Assembly: GCA_965248925.1 (NCBI GenBank)
Contig: CBDFLE010000005.1
Coordinates: 192,001-256,000 of the forward strand
DNA length: 64,000 bases
Direction: 5' to 3'
Source of the DNA: Candidatus Multivoradales bacterium
Lineage (GTDB): Bacteria > Acidobacteriota > Thermoanaerobaculia > Multivoradales > J023
Below the pieces are notes generated by a model. It saw nothing but the letters and a program-made list of their open reading frames with translations. It searched no databases and was not told the DNA's origin. How positions within the stretch are numbered: the first letter of the stretch is position 1; each line of letters begins with the position of its first letter. This document shows positions 8,928 to 19,620 of the stretch, one piece after another. A program made the translations under genes and the position numbers.

Positions 8928-11186
8928 TCAGTCTCCGTTTGGGGCGGTCGGCCGCGGTGCCAGATGCTCGGCGAAGAAACTCATGATGCGGCCATAGAGG
9001 CGTTCGCTGACCAGGGGGTCGGGAACCATGTGGGTGAATCCCGCCAAGGCCAGGAAGTCGTGCTGTTTGCCGGCGCGAAAGAGGGCGTTCGACATCTTCA
9101 AGGCGTGCATGAAATAGACGTTGTCGTCGGCGGTGCCGTGGATGATCAGCAGTGGCCGTTCGAGTTTGTCGGCCTGGCTAAGTACTGAGGTCGAGCGGTA
9201 GCCCTCGGGATTTTCCGCCGGCAGCCCCATGTAGCGCTCGGTGTAGTGGGTGTCGTAGTCACGCCAGTCGGCTACCGGCGCGCCGACCACCGCGGCGTGG
9301 AAAACATCGCCGCGTTGCATGGCCGCGTGGGCCGAGAAGTAGCCGCCGAACGACCAGCCATAGATTCCCACCCGTTCCATGTCCATCTCGGCGAAGCGTC
9401 GGCCGAGGCTTTGCAAGACAGCGACTTGGTCGACCAGAGGCAGGGTGATCAAATCATGGCGGATGCTGCGTTCCCAGGCGCGGCCGCGGTGCGGAGTGCC
9501 TCTGCCGTCGATCCACAGCACGATGTAGCCGTGGTCGGCCATCCACTGGTCGAAGACGAATCGGCTCGCCTGCCGGGTGACGCGCTGGGAATGCGGGCCG
9601 CCATAGACATGGAGGACCACGGGGTATTGGTGCGTGGGATCGAAATCCCGCGGTCGCAGCAAGGCGGCGTGGTATGTGCGGCCATCGATCTCGGCGCTGA
9701 CCCATTGGGGATTCGTTGAAAAGTTCGGCTGGTCGGCCACCGAGTGCAGCTCGGCGCGCTGGCGGCCACTGCCATCGGTGACGATCCAATCGTCCACACC
9801 GGTGGCCGGCGAACGGTGCAGCATGCGCAGCCGGCCGGAAGTCGAGAATTTGCCATCGACGATGCCGTCGTAGTCGCCAATCTTGCTCGCCGTGCCGCCG
9901 TTGAGTGATAGGTGGTAGAGGTGAGCGCGGGTCGGATCGTTGCCGCTGGCCTGGATGAACACTTCGCCGCGTTCTTCGTCGAGGTGGACAAAGCTGCGGT
10001 AGCCCAGCTCCGGGGCGGTCAGGCGGCCGAGGGGAGAACCGTCGGCGGCGCGGCGCTCTAGACACCAGGCGCCATCGCGCTCGCTGGTCCACAGGAAGCT
10101 GCGGCCGTCCGCTAGCCAATGGGGCATCTGGGGGTCGAGGTTGATCCACGCGGTGTCGGTCTCGACCAACAGCTTGCGGCTGGCACCGATTTCGGGGTCG
10201 ACTACTAGGACGGCGAGTTCGGTCTGCTGGCGGTTCTGCACCACCAGGGTCAAAGGTGCGTCTTGCTCCCAGCGTACCCGGGTCAGATAGGGATAGCGCT
10301 GCTGGTCCCACTGCGCCCATACGGTCTTGCCGCCAGCGATCGGCAGGATGCCCAGTTTGACCTTGACGTTCTTTTCGCCTGGACGGGGATAGGGCGATTC
10401 TTGAACCGGCTGGGTGGGATCGGCCGGGTCTGCAATGCGGAAGGTCTCCATGCCCTCAGTGTCGTTGCGTTGGTACGCCAGGTGGCTGCCGTCCGGCGAC
10501 CACCAGAAACCGTGGTGCCGGCCCATCTCCTCTTGGGCGACGAACTCCGCCGCGCCATAGCTGATGTGGGGCGAGACGCTGAGGGTCAGCCGGTGGTGCT
10601 GGCCGCTCTCCAGCTCGACCACCCACAAATCTCGGTGGGCGACGTAGGCTATGCGGTCGCCGGCCGGAGAGAGCTGCGGGTCGATGGGGAAGCCGGCCGC
10701 CACTTCGATCTTGCGCACCGCGCCATCGCTGCGTTGGTAGAGATAGAGGTCGCCGGAAAGGGGGGCGAGAATCTGGCTTTCATCGGCTGACAGGCTGTAG
10801 CTGGCGATGCCGCGAGTGGCGAGTCGCTGACGTTCGCGGCGGGCTTGTTCTTCGGCGGTGAGTTCTTCTGCGGCGCCGCCGAGCAGGTCGGCGGCGGTCA
10901 GCAGACGGCGTTCTTTGCCGGTCGCCGGGTCGAGTTGCCAGAGATCGGTGACGAAGCTGCGCGGCTCGGAGCGGAGGAAGAAGATCGCGTCGTTGGCCAC
11001 CTCGATCGCGGTGGGTTGACCGAGACGAAAGCTCAGGGTCTCGGCGTAGTCGCGCAAGAAACTCGAATCGGCGACCTCGGCCTTGGCGTTGGTTGCTAGC
11101 AAGCCAACCCACAACATGGCGCAAGCCACAGTGCTTACAAACCTCGGGCCGGTGGTCAATCGCGCGAGTAGCGAAGGATTAGACAA
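8928..11186 (-). CDS. S9 family (dipeptidyl peptidase IV-like) serine peptidase, exported
   Basis: DPP-IV beta-propeller, VYGGP, GWSFGG nucleophile, HGTADDNV, FTH; SD AGGAGG before TTG 11186. Confidence 0.9.
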   Translation of the reverse strand: MSNPSLLARLTTGPRFVSTVACAMLWVGLLATNAKAEVADSSFLRDYAETLSFRLGQPTAIEVANDAIFFLRSEPRSFVTDLWQLDPATGKERRLLTAADLLGGAAEELTAEEQARRERQRLATRGIASYSLSADESQILAPLSGDLYLYQRSDGAVRKIEVAAGFPIDPQLSPAGDRIAYVAHRDLWVVELESGQHHRLTLSVSPHISYGAAEFVAQEEMGRHHGFWWSPDGSHLAYQRNDTEGMETFRIADPADPTQPVQESPYPRPGEKNVKVKLGILPIAGGKTVWAQWDQQRYPYLTRVRWEQDAPLTLVVQNRQQTELAVLVVDPEIGASRKLLVETDTAWINLDPQMPHWLADGRSFLWTSERDGAWCLERRAADGSPLGRLTAPELGYRSFVHLDEERGEVFIQASGNDPTRAHLYHLSLNGGTASKIGDYDGIVDGKFSTSGRLRMLHRSPATGVDDWIVTDGSGRQRAELHSVADQPNFSTNPQWVSAEIDGRTYHAALLRPRDFDPTHQYPVVLHVYGGPHSQRVTRQASRFVFDQWMADHGYIVLWIDGRGTPHRGRAWERSIRHDLITLPLVDQVAVLQSLGRRFAEMDMERVGIYGWSFGGYFSAHAAMQRGDVFHAAVVGAPVADWRDYDTHYTERYMGLPAENPEGYRSTSVLSQADKLERPLLIIHGTADDNVYFMHALKMSNALFRAGKQHDFLALAGFTHMVPDPLVSERLYGRIMSFFAEHLAPRPTAPNGD

Positions 11187-11229
11187 GGCTTCTACCTCCT
11201 CGGAGTGTGATGCGATGTGAGTCGGGCGC

Positions 11230-12423
11230 TCAGTCGGACAGTGCTTGGTCGAGATCGGCCAACAGGTCGTCGATGTCTTCGATGCCAGCACTGACTCGCA
11301 CCAGATCGTCGTCGATTCCCAGCTTGGCACGCTTCTCAGCCGGTACTGAAGCGTGGGTCATGGTGGTCGGGTGGTTGATCAAGGACTCCACGCCACCGAG
11401 GGACTCGGCGATCTGGAACAGGCGCAGCTTCTCGAGGAAACGGCGCGCGCCCGCGAATCCCCCCTGAGCATAGAACGAGATCATGCCGCCGGCACCACTC
11501 ATCTGGCGACGGTAGAGTTCATACTGGGGATGGGAAGCCAAGCCGGGGTAGATCACTTTGCCGACCCGCGGGTCGTCTTCCAGCCATTGGGCGATGCGTT
11601 GGCCGTTGCTGCTGTGACGCTCGATTCGGATTGCCAGGGTCTTGATGCCGCGCAGGGTCAAGTAGGCATCGAAAGGTGCCATGATCGGACCGCTCGAGTT
11701 TTGCAAAAAGCGCAGCCGTTCGGCCAGCGCTGGGTCGCCGGTGACCAGCACGCCGCCCACCGAGTCAGAATGACCGTTGAGATATTTGGTGCTCGAGTGC
11801 ATGGCGATGTCGAATCCGTGGTCCAACGGACGTTGCAGCATCGGTGAACCGAATGTGTTGTCGCAGATCAGCAGGACCTCGGGGTTGATCTCCTTCGCCT
11901 GGCTCGCGATGGCGCTGAGATCGGCGAGTTTCATCATCGGATTGGTCGGCGTTTCGACCCACACCATACGGGTGTCGGCGGTCATCGCGCCGCCAAAGGC
12001 GTCGAGATCCGCGAGATCGGTGTAGATCGGCACTAAACCTTGAGTTCGCTCCCGCACCATGCTCAGCAAGCGCCGCGAGCCGCCGTAGAGGTCGTCCATC
12101 ACGACTAGGCGGGAGCCTTGATCGAGCAGATCGAGGGCCACTGACATCGCCGCCATGCCGGAGGCGAAGGCGAATCCTCCGCGGCTAGGATCAGTTTCTT
12201 CGCTGATTCGCGAGCCTTCGAGAGTCGCTACCAACCGCTCCAGGGCATAGCGGGTAGGGTTGTGGGAGCGTGAATACTCGTAGCCCTGGTGGGCGCCGGG
12301 CGAATTCTGAGCATAAGTCGAGGAGAGAAAAATGGGCGGCATCACGGCGCCGGTGACGGGCTCTGCTTGTTGGCCGCCGTGCAGCGCCATGGTGCCCGGC
12401 TTGTGGTCGGGATTATGGGTCAT
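11230..12423 (-). CDS. Cys/Met metabolism PLP-dependent enzyme (cystathionine gamma-synthase/gamma-lyase family)
   Basis: YEYSRSHNPT, FASGMAA, ETPTNP, DNTF, SSTKYLNGHSD (PLP Lys), AESLGGVESL. Confidence 0.93.
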   Translation of the reverse strand: MTHNPDHKPGTMALHGGQQAEPVTGAVMPPIFLSSTYAQNSPGAHQGYEYSRSHNPTRYALERLVATLEGSRISEETDPSRGGFAFASGMAAMSVALDLLDQGSRLVVMDDLYGGSRRLLSMVRERTQGLVPIYTDLADLDAFGGAMTADTRMVWVETPTNPMMKLADLSAIASQAKEINPEVLLICDNTFGSPMLQRPLDHGFDIAMHSSTKYLNGHSDSVGGVLVTGDPALAERLRFLQNSSGPIMAPFDAYLTLRGIKTLAIRIERHSSNGQRIAQWLEDDPRVGKVIYPGLASHPQYELYRRQMSGAGGMISFYAQGGFAGARRFLEKLRLFQIAESLGGVESLINHPTTMTHASVPAEKRAKLGIDDDLVRVSAGIEDIDDLLADLDQALSD

Positions 12424-12509
12424 CTAATGGGGCTCCTGAGGATCGGACCGGCGGCGCATCCCAGCGGTCGCGGCGCATTATACGCTGGCCGGAAGAGCAG
12501 ATAGCCGGC

Positions 12510-14273
12510 TCAGGGCAAGGAGCTGGTCCAACTCGTCAAATCGCCACTCTCGAAACCATCAGCGAAGATTGGATCAGCGAAAAAGCAGCCGGCGAAGCGG
12601 AAACTGCACACTCGGGTGGACCAGCTCGAAGCGCTGGTGGTGGTGAGGTATTGGGAAGTCAAATAGAAAGTGCAGTCGTCGGCCGGATCGACGCTGATCG
12701 AGGCGTGGTCGCCCCAGCGCGGGTTGACGATCTGTGAGCCGCCGCCGGCGACGCAGCTGACCTCCGCTTGCAGGGTGCCGGCGGGGTCGCTGGCGGCGCG
12801 ACCGCTGTAGCGGATCGCTGGGGCGGTGCTGGCGCTACCAATCGAGAATCCGATGCCGAGGTTGCGCGCGAAATCGAGGGCGGCGGTGGGCAGCCAGCGA
12901 TTTTCGCCGTCGGCGGGAGCGAAAGTACCTTGGTCGAGCACTGACTCCGCGATCAGATCGAGTTCGACCCAGCGCACTCCGGCGCGGTCGCTACCGACAT
13001 CGACAGTGTGGCTGAGCATAGTCACCAGGGCGGGGGTGGAATCGCGCCAATAGCGGGTCGAGGCGCGATAAGAGGTGAAGTCGGCGTGGGTTTCGAGCAG
13101 GTTGGCGGTGCCGGGTTGGGGGATGCAGGGCAGAGAGCCGCAGAGTTCGCTATCGTAGTCCACCCCAGCGTCGATCAGCGTGGGGATGCTCAAGGTGGAA
13201 GCCGCGGGCGTGGCCCAATCGGGACATAGCTGCCATAGGCGATAGCCATCGGTGGGCGCGGTGGGACCGGTGAGGACGAAGAATTCATCGTCCCACTGTT
13301 GCAAGAATCGTGGGCAGCTGCCGGCGGGTACTGGATAGGGGCCGGTCAGGTGGGCTGGCAGCACACCGAAGAACACCTCTTCGACGCTGGACAGTTGGCG
13401 AAAACGTACCATTGCCGGCGCCCCGCCTCCAGCCAGCATCACTTCGCGCTCCAGAGCGGCCAGCGAGACGCCGGTGAAGTCACCGCTGCTGCTGACATAA
13501 TCATTGCTGGTCAAGGTGTAGGCCGAGGCCGAGCCGTCCTCGTCGACCCAGATGCCGAGCTTAGGGCGATCATTGAATAGGCTATCGCTGTAGACCAGCT
13601 CGTAACGATGGAACGGGCCCAGTGGACTGCCACCAGTGCTGATGGCGAAGCATTGGCGGCCGTTGGCGAAGCCGGAACCAACGTGCTGGCTGAATACCCA
13701 GCGGGCGGCAAAACGGTCGTAGAGCACCAGCGGCAGGCCGGCGTTTTCGCTTTGGCAGGGGCCGCCGAAGCCGGCCCAGAAAGTGTTGCCGGCGAAGGGA
13801 CCAGCGATCCGCGCACCGCTGATTTTGTTGAGCACCAGCCAGCCTTTGTTGACATATTGGACGAAAAAGTTACCACCGACATCACCGTTGGCCGCCGGTG
13901 GCACGGTTGTGCCTGCGTTGTCGGTGCTGTCGTAGCCATCGACGCTCAGCATCAAGGCGGGGGCGCGCAGTGCACTTTGGCTGAGCTGTACCGGGTCTGA
14001 GCCGTCCGGCGAGCGCCGCCCTCCTCTCAACAGGGCGGCCGGGCGCCGCGGTCCGGCTTGCACCTGAGTGACGCTGTCGGCTTGCTCGCTGGGTTGTCGG
14101 GAGTGGATCTCGAGCAGCCCAGCGAGGGACGGCGACAGATCGTGGCGGATGGCATGGCCAACCTCGGGTGAGGTGCTTGCCAGGGCGGGCAGGGTGCCGC
14201 CAAAGGCCAGGCTCAAGATGAGCAGGAGGATTGCTGTTTGCAATCGGTTCGAGGGGTCGCTCCACTGCTGCAT
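12510..14273 (-). CDS. Secreted hypothetical protein with C-terminal IFADGFESGD tag
   Basis: SD GGAGG before ATG 14273; signal peptide; several Cys and an RWGD motif; ends IFADGFESGDLTSWTSSLP. Confidence 0.8.
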   Translation of the reverse strand: MQQWSDPSNRLQTAILLLILSLAFGGTLPALASTSPEVGHAIRHDLSPSLAGLLEIHSRQPSEQADSVTQVQAGPRRPAALLRGGRRSPDGSDPVQLSQSALRAPALMLSVDGYDSTDNAGTTVPPAANGDVGGNFFVQYVNKGWLVLNKISGARIAGPFAGNTFWAGFGGPCQSENAGLPLVLYDRFAARWVFSQHVGSGFANGRQCFAISTGGSPLGPFHRYELVYSDSLFNDRPKLGIWVDEDGSASAYTLTSNDYVSSSGDFTGVSLAALEREVMLAGGGAPAMVRFRQLSSVEEVFFGVLPAHLTGPYPVPAGSCPRFLQQWDDEFFVLTGPTAPTDGYRLWQLCPDWATPAASTLSIPTLIDAGVDYDSELCGSLPCIPQPGTANLLETHADFTSYRASTRYWRDSTPALVTMLSHTVDVGSDRAGVRWVELDLIAESVLDQGTFAPADGENRWLPTAALDFARNLGIGFSIGSASTAPAIRYSGRAASDPAGTLQAEVSCVAGGGSQIVNPRWGDHASISVDPADDCTFYLTSQYLTTTSASSWSTRVCSFRFAGCFFADPIFADGFESGDLTSWTSSLP

Positions 14274-14341
14274 GGTCTTCCTCCGACTTGCTGTGATGCG
14301 GCCCACCGTCGGCGGTGGCTGAATTGAAGGGCCGCGAGTGC

Positions 14342-15016
14342 TTACACCTCGTCGCGCTGGAAGGCGGTGGCCAGGGCGTCGGCGTACTCGTTCCAGCGGC
14401 AGCCGTTGTGAGCCTTGATCCAGCGCAGGCTGGCTTTGGGGCGGGTGTGCTTGAGGCGCCAGGCTTCTTGCACCAGTTCGAGGTTTTCTACCGGCCCGGT
14501 CTTGCGTTTCCAGCCCAAGCGCTGCCAGCCGGCGGCCCACTCGTTGAGGGTTTTGACGCAGAGGTTGGAGTCGGACCAGAGGGTGACTTCATCTTCGGCG
14601 CCGATCATCTTGTAGGCTTCGATCAGCGCCAGCAACTCCATCCGATTGTTGGTGGTGTGGGCGTCGGAGCCGTAGCGGCGGTCGTGGACCTCGCCGTCCT
14701 TGACCCACACCGCGCCCCAGCCTCCTGGGCCGGGGTTGCCGGTGCAGGCGCCGTCGGTGAAGACTCCGTCTTGCGGTCCCTCGGTGTACTTTTCCAGCAC
14801 CTGGGCGGTGGTGTGGCCGTCTTCGGGGGGCTTGGTGCGGCGGCGACTTCTCTTTTTCTTGGCCGGTGGCTTCTTGGCACCGGGGGCAGTCTTGCTGCTC
14901 TTGTTCTTGCAGGGCAGGCAAATGGAGGGCTGCCAGCCGGGAAAGCGGGCGAGAACGTCGTCGCGGACGGAGAATTCCGTGCTGCACTGACGGCAGGTGA
15001 AAGTCTTGCTAGCCAT
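14342..15016 (-). CDS. rnhA: Ribonuclease HI with N-terminal zinc-ribbon and Lys/Arg-rich linker
   Basis: FTDGACTGNPGPGGWG, TTNNRMEL, SDS, WIKAH, NEYADALA; N-terminal CRQC-x21-CLPC. Confidence 0.9.
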   Translation of the reverse strand: MASKTFTCRQCSTEFSVRDDVLARFPGWQPSICLPCKNKSSKTAPGAKKPPAKKKRSRRRTKPPEDGHTTAQVLEKYTEGPQDGVFTDGACTGNPGPGGWGAVWVKDGEVHDRRYGSDAHTTNNRMELLALIEAYKMIGAEDEVTLWSDSNLCVKTLNEWAAGWQRLGWKRKTGPVENLELVQEAWRLKHTRPKASLRWIKAHNGCRWNEYADALATAFQRDEV

Positions 15017-15234
15017 GATGCTCCTACTTTGCTTGGGACCGGCGGCAAGGTATCACAGCCTGGGCGGAGGAGTGCCCGGAAGCCGCACGCGGCGGGTTTG
15101 CCGTAGTTGGGCGAGTGCGGCTACCGGGCAGCTGGTGGGCGACTCGCTCGGCTGATCTCTGCTTGACCTCTTTGGTTGGATCACCCAGACTCAATTCTCG
15201 CTGCCGCTAATCGTGATCAACGCGTGGGGTTCGA

Positions 15235-16317
15235 ATGAAGAGTTCTATTAGGGCTACTGTCCTGCTCGTCTCGGTGTCGTCTTGTTGCTGGCTCGCCGGC
15301 TGCCAGCCGGCGGCTACTTCTTCCTCGGCTACTTCTTCACCGGCTGCTGAGAAGCCAGCTGTGCCTCGGGTGGCTTGGGCTTTGGCTATCCACGCCGGTG
15401 CCGGGGTGATTCCCAAGGATATGGAAGAGGAGCGCAAGCAGGAGTATTTCCAGGCGCTGGAGGATGCTCTGAGCTTGGGGCGTGATTTGCTCGCCACAGG
15501 CACCCCGAGTCTCGATGTAGTGGAGCAGGTGGTGCGACAGCTGGAGGATGTACCTTTGTTCAATGCCGGCAAGGGGGCTGTGTTTACGAGTGAGGGCACC
15601 AACGAACTCGATGCGGCGATCATGGATGGCTCGACGATGGCCTGTGGCGCGGTCTCGGGGGTCAAGACGGTGAAGAATCCGGTACTGCTGGCGCGCAAGG
15701 TGATGGAGGAGACCCGCCACATCTTGCTGGTCGGCCGTGGTGCCGAGACTTTTGCCGCCAGTCAGGGCTTAGAGATGGTCGAGCCGGCCTATTTCTTTAC
15801 CCAGCGGCGCTATGACCAGTGGCGCGAAAGGGTGGAGCAGGAGGCGGCTGATTCCGGGGCGGGTAAGGCTGAACCCAAGTTCAAGTGTGTTGATCCGGCT
15901 GGAGAAGACAAGCGCGGTACTGTCGGGGCGGTGGCGCTGGATCAGTTTGGCAACCTGGCCGCTGCTACCTCGACCGGTGGACTGACCAACAAGCGCTTTG
16001 GCCGGGTTGGCGACACGCCGATTGTCGGCGCTGGGACCTATGCCAACAACCGCACTTGCGCGGTGTCGGGCACTGGCATCGGCGAGCAGTTCATGCGCCA
16101 TGCGGTGGCGCACGACATCTCGGCGCGGATGGAGCATGGCGGGCTGGGCTTGCAGGAAGCGGCGGAGGCGGTGATCCACGGAGTTTTGGCTGCGGGCGAT
16201 GGGGGGGTGATTGCAGTCGGTCGCGATGGCCAGATCGCCTTGGTTTTTAACTCCGCTGGCATGTTCCGCGGCGCTGCGGATTCGAGCGGGCGATTCGATA
16301 TCGCAATTTGGGAGTAA
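15235..16317 (+). CDS. Isoaspartyl peptidase/L-asparaginase (Ntn hydrolase), lipoprotein
   Basis: [33 protein letters not shown] (Thr nucleophile), ATSTGG, GRVGD; lipobox LAGC. Confidence 0.9.
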   Translation: MKSSIRATVLLVSVSSCCWLAGCQPAATSSSATSSPAAEKPAVPRVAWALAIHAGAGVIPKDMEEERKQEYFQALEDALSLGRDLLATGTPSLDVVEQVVRQLEDVPLFNAGKGAVFTSEGTNELDAAIMDGSTMACGAVSGVKTVKNPVLLARKVMEETRHILLVGRGAETFAASQGLEMVEPAYFFTQRRYDQWRERVEQEAADSGAGKAEPKFKCVDPAGEDKRGTVGAVALDQFGNLAAATSTGGLTNKRFGRVGDTPIVGAGTYANNRTCAVSGTGIGEQFMRHAVAHDISARMEHGGLGLQEAAEAVIHGVLAAGDGGVIAVGRDGQIALVFNSAGMFRGAADSSGRFDIAIWE

Positions 16318-16321
16318 TGCT

Positions 16322-18592
16322 ATGTCAGAGATTCCTGTTGACGGCGCTCGGCTGAATCGGCTGGCGCGCGAGGCTAGCCCTTATTTGCTCCTGCACCAGG
16401 CCAACCCGGTGGATTGGTATCCCTGGGGCGAGGAGGCTTTTGCTCTGTCCCGCCGCGAGCAGCGGCCGATATTCCTCTCGGTGGGTTATTCGACCTGCTA
16501 TTGGTGCCATGTCATGGAGCGCGAGTCGTTCGCCGACTCGGCTACCGCTGAGCTGATGAACCGCCTCTTCGTCAACATCAAGGTCGATCGTGAGGAACGG
16601 CCGGAGATCGACGAGATCTACATGGCCGCCACCCAGTTGATCACGCAGCAAGGAGGTTGGCCGAATTCGGTTTTCCTAACCCCGGAGCTGAAGCCGTTTT
16701 ACGCTGGAACTTACTTCCCACCCTCGCCGCGTCAGGGTATGCCGTCGTTCCAGCAGCTGATCGGTGGCTTGGCCGATGCCTGGCAAAGTCGCCGTGACGA
16801 AGTGCTGCAACAGGCTGAGCAGATCGCAGAAGGGATGCGGCAGTTCCTCGAGGATCGTGGTCAGCCGGAGGAGCAGCCGCCGCCAGCGGCGGTGGCGGAG
16901 CAGTCTTTCGCCGCTTTGACGCAGCGTTTCGACGAGCGCTTTGGCGGCTTTGGCGGCGCGCCGAAATTCCCGACCCCGGCGAACCTCTTTCTGCTCTTGG
17001 AGCTGGCTGGTGAGCAGCTCGACGCCGCCCGCATGCTCACCACCACTCTCGATCGAATGGCTCGCGGCGGGATCTACGACCAGCTGGCCGGCGGCTTCCA
17101 CCGCTATTCGGTGGATCGCGAGTGGCTGGTGCCGCACTTCGAGAAGATGCTCTACGACAACGGCCAACTGCTCGAGGTCTATGCCCGTGAATTCGGCCGT
17201 AGCGGTGATCTGGAAGCAGCGCGAATCGTTCGTGAGACGGCTCATTTCATCGCCGCGGAACTCGGCGCGCCGGAGGGCGGTTTCTGGAGCGCAATCGACG
17301 CTGAGATCGATGGCCATGAGGGCGCCCACCACGTTTGGGCCGAGGCTGAATTGCGCGAGCTGCTGGGGGCGGAGGGCTTTGCCTTCCTGGCACCGCTCTA
17401 CGGCTTTGAAGGGCCGCCTTCTTTCGAGGGCCAACACTACGTCCTGCACCTGCTGGCGCCGCTGGCTGCTCAAGCCGAGCGTCGGCAGGTGTCCTACTCC
17501 GCACTACTGGAGCAGATCGAGCCGCTCAAGCAACGTCTACTGCAAGCGCGTCGCGAGCGCCAGATGCCGTTGGTTGACGACAAGGTGCTAACCGATTGGA
17601 ATGGCATGGCGATTACTGGCCTAGCCCTGGCCGGCGAGCTGCTCGGAGAGCCTGCTCTGGTCGACCGTGCTGCCCTGGCGGCTGAATTTGTTCTGCGAGA
17701 GCTACGGCGTGGAGACGGTACGTTGCTACATGCTTGGCGCCAAGGCCAAGCCAAGATCGAGGCATATTTGGCCGACTACGTCCACCTGGTGCGCGGCCTG
17801 CTGGCATTGGCTAGTGCCACTGGCGAGGGGGCTTGGCGGCGCCATGCCGAGCAGCTCACCCGCCAACAGATCGAGCGTCTGGGAGATCCGGTCGGGGGTT
17901 TCTACACCGCCGGCGAGCGTCCCGACGTGCTGTTTCGCAGCAAGGAGGTCTTCGATGGCGCGCTGCCGTCGGCCAATGCGCTGGCGGTGCTCAACTTGGT
18001 CGAGCTGGCGGCGACCGCACCCGCTGATCAACGCGGTGAGTGGCTGGGAGAGGCTGAGTCAGCGCTCAAGGCGTTGGCGATGTTCACCCGCAAGCAGCCC
18101 GATGCGGCCCGCATGTTGTCGATCGCTGCCCGGCGTTTTGCCCGGCTCGAGGCGAGCAGCCTGGCGATGGCCGAGCTAGCATCTCTGCCGGCGGAGACGG
18201 CACCCAAGGCGGTGATCGAGGAGCTTCATCCGGTCAATCCCCAAAGCCTGGTTTCGGCGCTCATCCAGAGCGGCAAGCCAGGGGGAGATGGCTGGCGATC
18301 GTTCGCCGTAGAGGTCGAAGTCGAGGCTGGCTGGCACATCTACGCCAATCCCAGCGGCGATGATCGCCTAGAGCCCGCCACCCTGCGCGGCGAGGGGGCC
18401 GAGCTGGAGGCCTTGCGCTATCCCTCGGGCCATCAGGCAGAAGAGGGTGGGCCGCGGGTCTACGACGGGCAAATCGAAATCACCGGCCGCTTGCGCCCCG
18501 GTTCCGGATCTTGGGCTCTGCTGCTCGAGTTCCAGCCTTGCGATAGCCGGCGCTGTCTGGCGATAACTAGCTTGCGGTTGCGGGGGCGCTGA
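16322..18592 (+). CDS. YyaL/SSP411 (DUF255) thioredoxin + glycosidase-like protein with C-terminal DsbD-N-like domain
   Basis: [52 protein letters not shown]; C-terminal GWHIYAN...FQPCDSRRC. Confidence 0.9.
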   Translation: MSEIPVDGARLNRLAREASPYLLLHQANPVDWYPWGEEAFALSRREQRPIFLSVGYSTCYWCHVMERESFADSATAELMNRLFVNIKVDREERPEIDEIYMAATQLITQQGGWPNSVFLTPELKPFYAGTYFPPSPRQGMPSFQQLIGGLADAWQSRRDEVLQQAEQIAEGMRQFLEDRGQPEEQPPPAAVAEQSFAALTQRFDERFGGFGGAPKFPTPANLFLLLELAGEQLDAARMLTTTLDRMARGGIYDQLAGGFHRYSVDREWLVPHFEKMLYDNGQLLEVYAREFGRSGDLEAARIVRETAHFIAAELGAPEGGFWSAIDAEIDGHEGAHHVWAEAELRELLGAEGFAFLAPLYGFEGPPSFEGQHYVLHLLAPLAAQAERRQVSYSALLEQIEPLKQRLLQARRERQMPLVDDKVLTDWNGMAITGLALAGELLGEPALVDRAALAAEFVLRELRRGDGTLLHAWRQGQAKIEAYLADYVHLVRGLLALASATGEGAWRRHAEQLTRQQIERLGDPVGGFYTAGERPDVLFRSKEVFDGALPSANALAVLNLVELAATAPADQRGEWLGEAESALKALAMFTRKQPDAARMLSIAARRFARLEASSLAMAELASLPAETAPKAVIEELHPVNPQSLVSALIQSGKPGGDGWRSFAVEVEVEAGWHIYANPSGDDRLEPATLRGEGAELEALRYPSGHQAEEGGPRVYDGQIEITGRLRPGSGSWALLLEFQPCDSRRCLAITSLRLRGR

Positions 18593-18667
18593 GCTGATGG
18601 TTTCTGACGCCGGGACCTAGTGGGTTGGCGCCAGGATCTTGCAGCTTGAGCCCAGCTGGCAGACGGA

Positions 18668-18693
18668 TACCGGGGTCATTGCAAGCCCCGGTA
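18668..18693. terminator. Hairpin between convergent genes
   Basis: TACCGGGG-N10-CCCCGGTA; no long U-tract. Confidence 0.4.
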
Positions 18694-18704
18694 CTAAGTC
18701 TAGC

Positions 18705-19445
18705 TCAGGGCTTGCCTTCGTAGGTCAGCATGACTTGCGACTCGCCAGTCTCTGAGTCGAGGGAGGCGGTGGCGTTGACCATGCGGCCGTTGGTGTGATT
18801 GCCGACGATGAAACGTATGTTGGCATCATCGCCCGACATGGCTTGGGTGGTGACCTCGTAACCGGCATCCTCGAGCTCTTGCTGGAAACCCGCGGCAAAT
18901 TTGTCGAGGCTGTCAGCCGTCTTGAAACCCACCGAGCCGGCGACCTTGCCGTCGGCATTCGAACTGTAGATACCTTCGGGATTGCTGCCGGGGTAGTGCG
19001 GCACCCAGTCGGGGAGGGAGGCGACTCCGGCACCGCTGCCGAGACGAGTCTCGCCGTCCGGAGTGGAGACGATCACCGAGCCATCGCCGTTGCCGTCGCC
19101 ACCAGCGGAGAAGCTGGTGGTGCCTTCGTCGGTGGTGATGCTGAACTTACCCTCTTTGATGTCGTTCCAGTTGAGCGTCACTTCCTCGCCGTTGTCCTTG
19201 TTGCGGATAGTCATGGTGCCGGCGTCGTCGTCACTCGAGACCAGCTCGATGTCTGGATTCAATCGTACTGCCAGCTCGGCGATGGCCTTGGTGGGATTGC
19301 CGTCGGCATCTTCGACCACGTCACTGACCTTCTTGGCGACGAATAGACCGCCGCCGACCACTACCACCAGCCCCAAGACCACCAAGACACCGCAGCCGAT
19401 ACCGACCCAAGCCAAGGGGTGGAGTCCTTTTCTTCCGTTGCTCAT
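18705..19445 (-). CDS. Hypothetical membrane-anchored protein
   Basis: N-terminal TM helix (LAWVGIGCGVLVVLGLVVVVGGGLFV) and acidic extracytoplasmic domain with LPDWVPHYPG. Confidence 0.8.
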   Translation of the reverse strand: MSNGRKGLHPLAWVGIGCGVLVVLGLVVVVGGGLFVAKKVSDVVEDADGNPTKAIAELAVRLNPDIELVSSDDDAGTMTIRNKDNGEEVTLNWNDIKEGKFSITTDEGTTSFSAGGDGNGDGSVIVSTPDGETRLGSGAGVASLPDWVPHYPGSNPEGIYSSNADGKVAGSVGFKTADSLDKFAAGFQQELEDAGYEVTTQAMSGDDANIRFIVGNHTNGRMVNATASLDSETGESQVMLTYEGKP

Positions 19446-19620
19446 TCCTTTTCTCCTCAAATCTTGTCCACCGCGCGTAGCCGGGCCGAACGAAATGCAA
19501 GGCCGGGTATTTCGGTGGCAAGGGATGGAACGAGTATGATTGTAGCCTTATCAGCGGGCCGGCGTCGCCGCTTGGCCGTAGACATTCCTAGGAGCCGTTC
19601 TCCCTGGCATCCTGGAGACT

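Noticed and set aside
12308-12316. Extra half-site (GAGCATAA) of the pncA operator motif
   Set aside because: Only one half-site, and it lies inside a coding sequence
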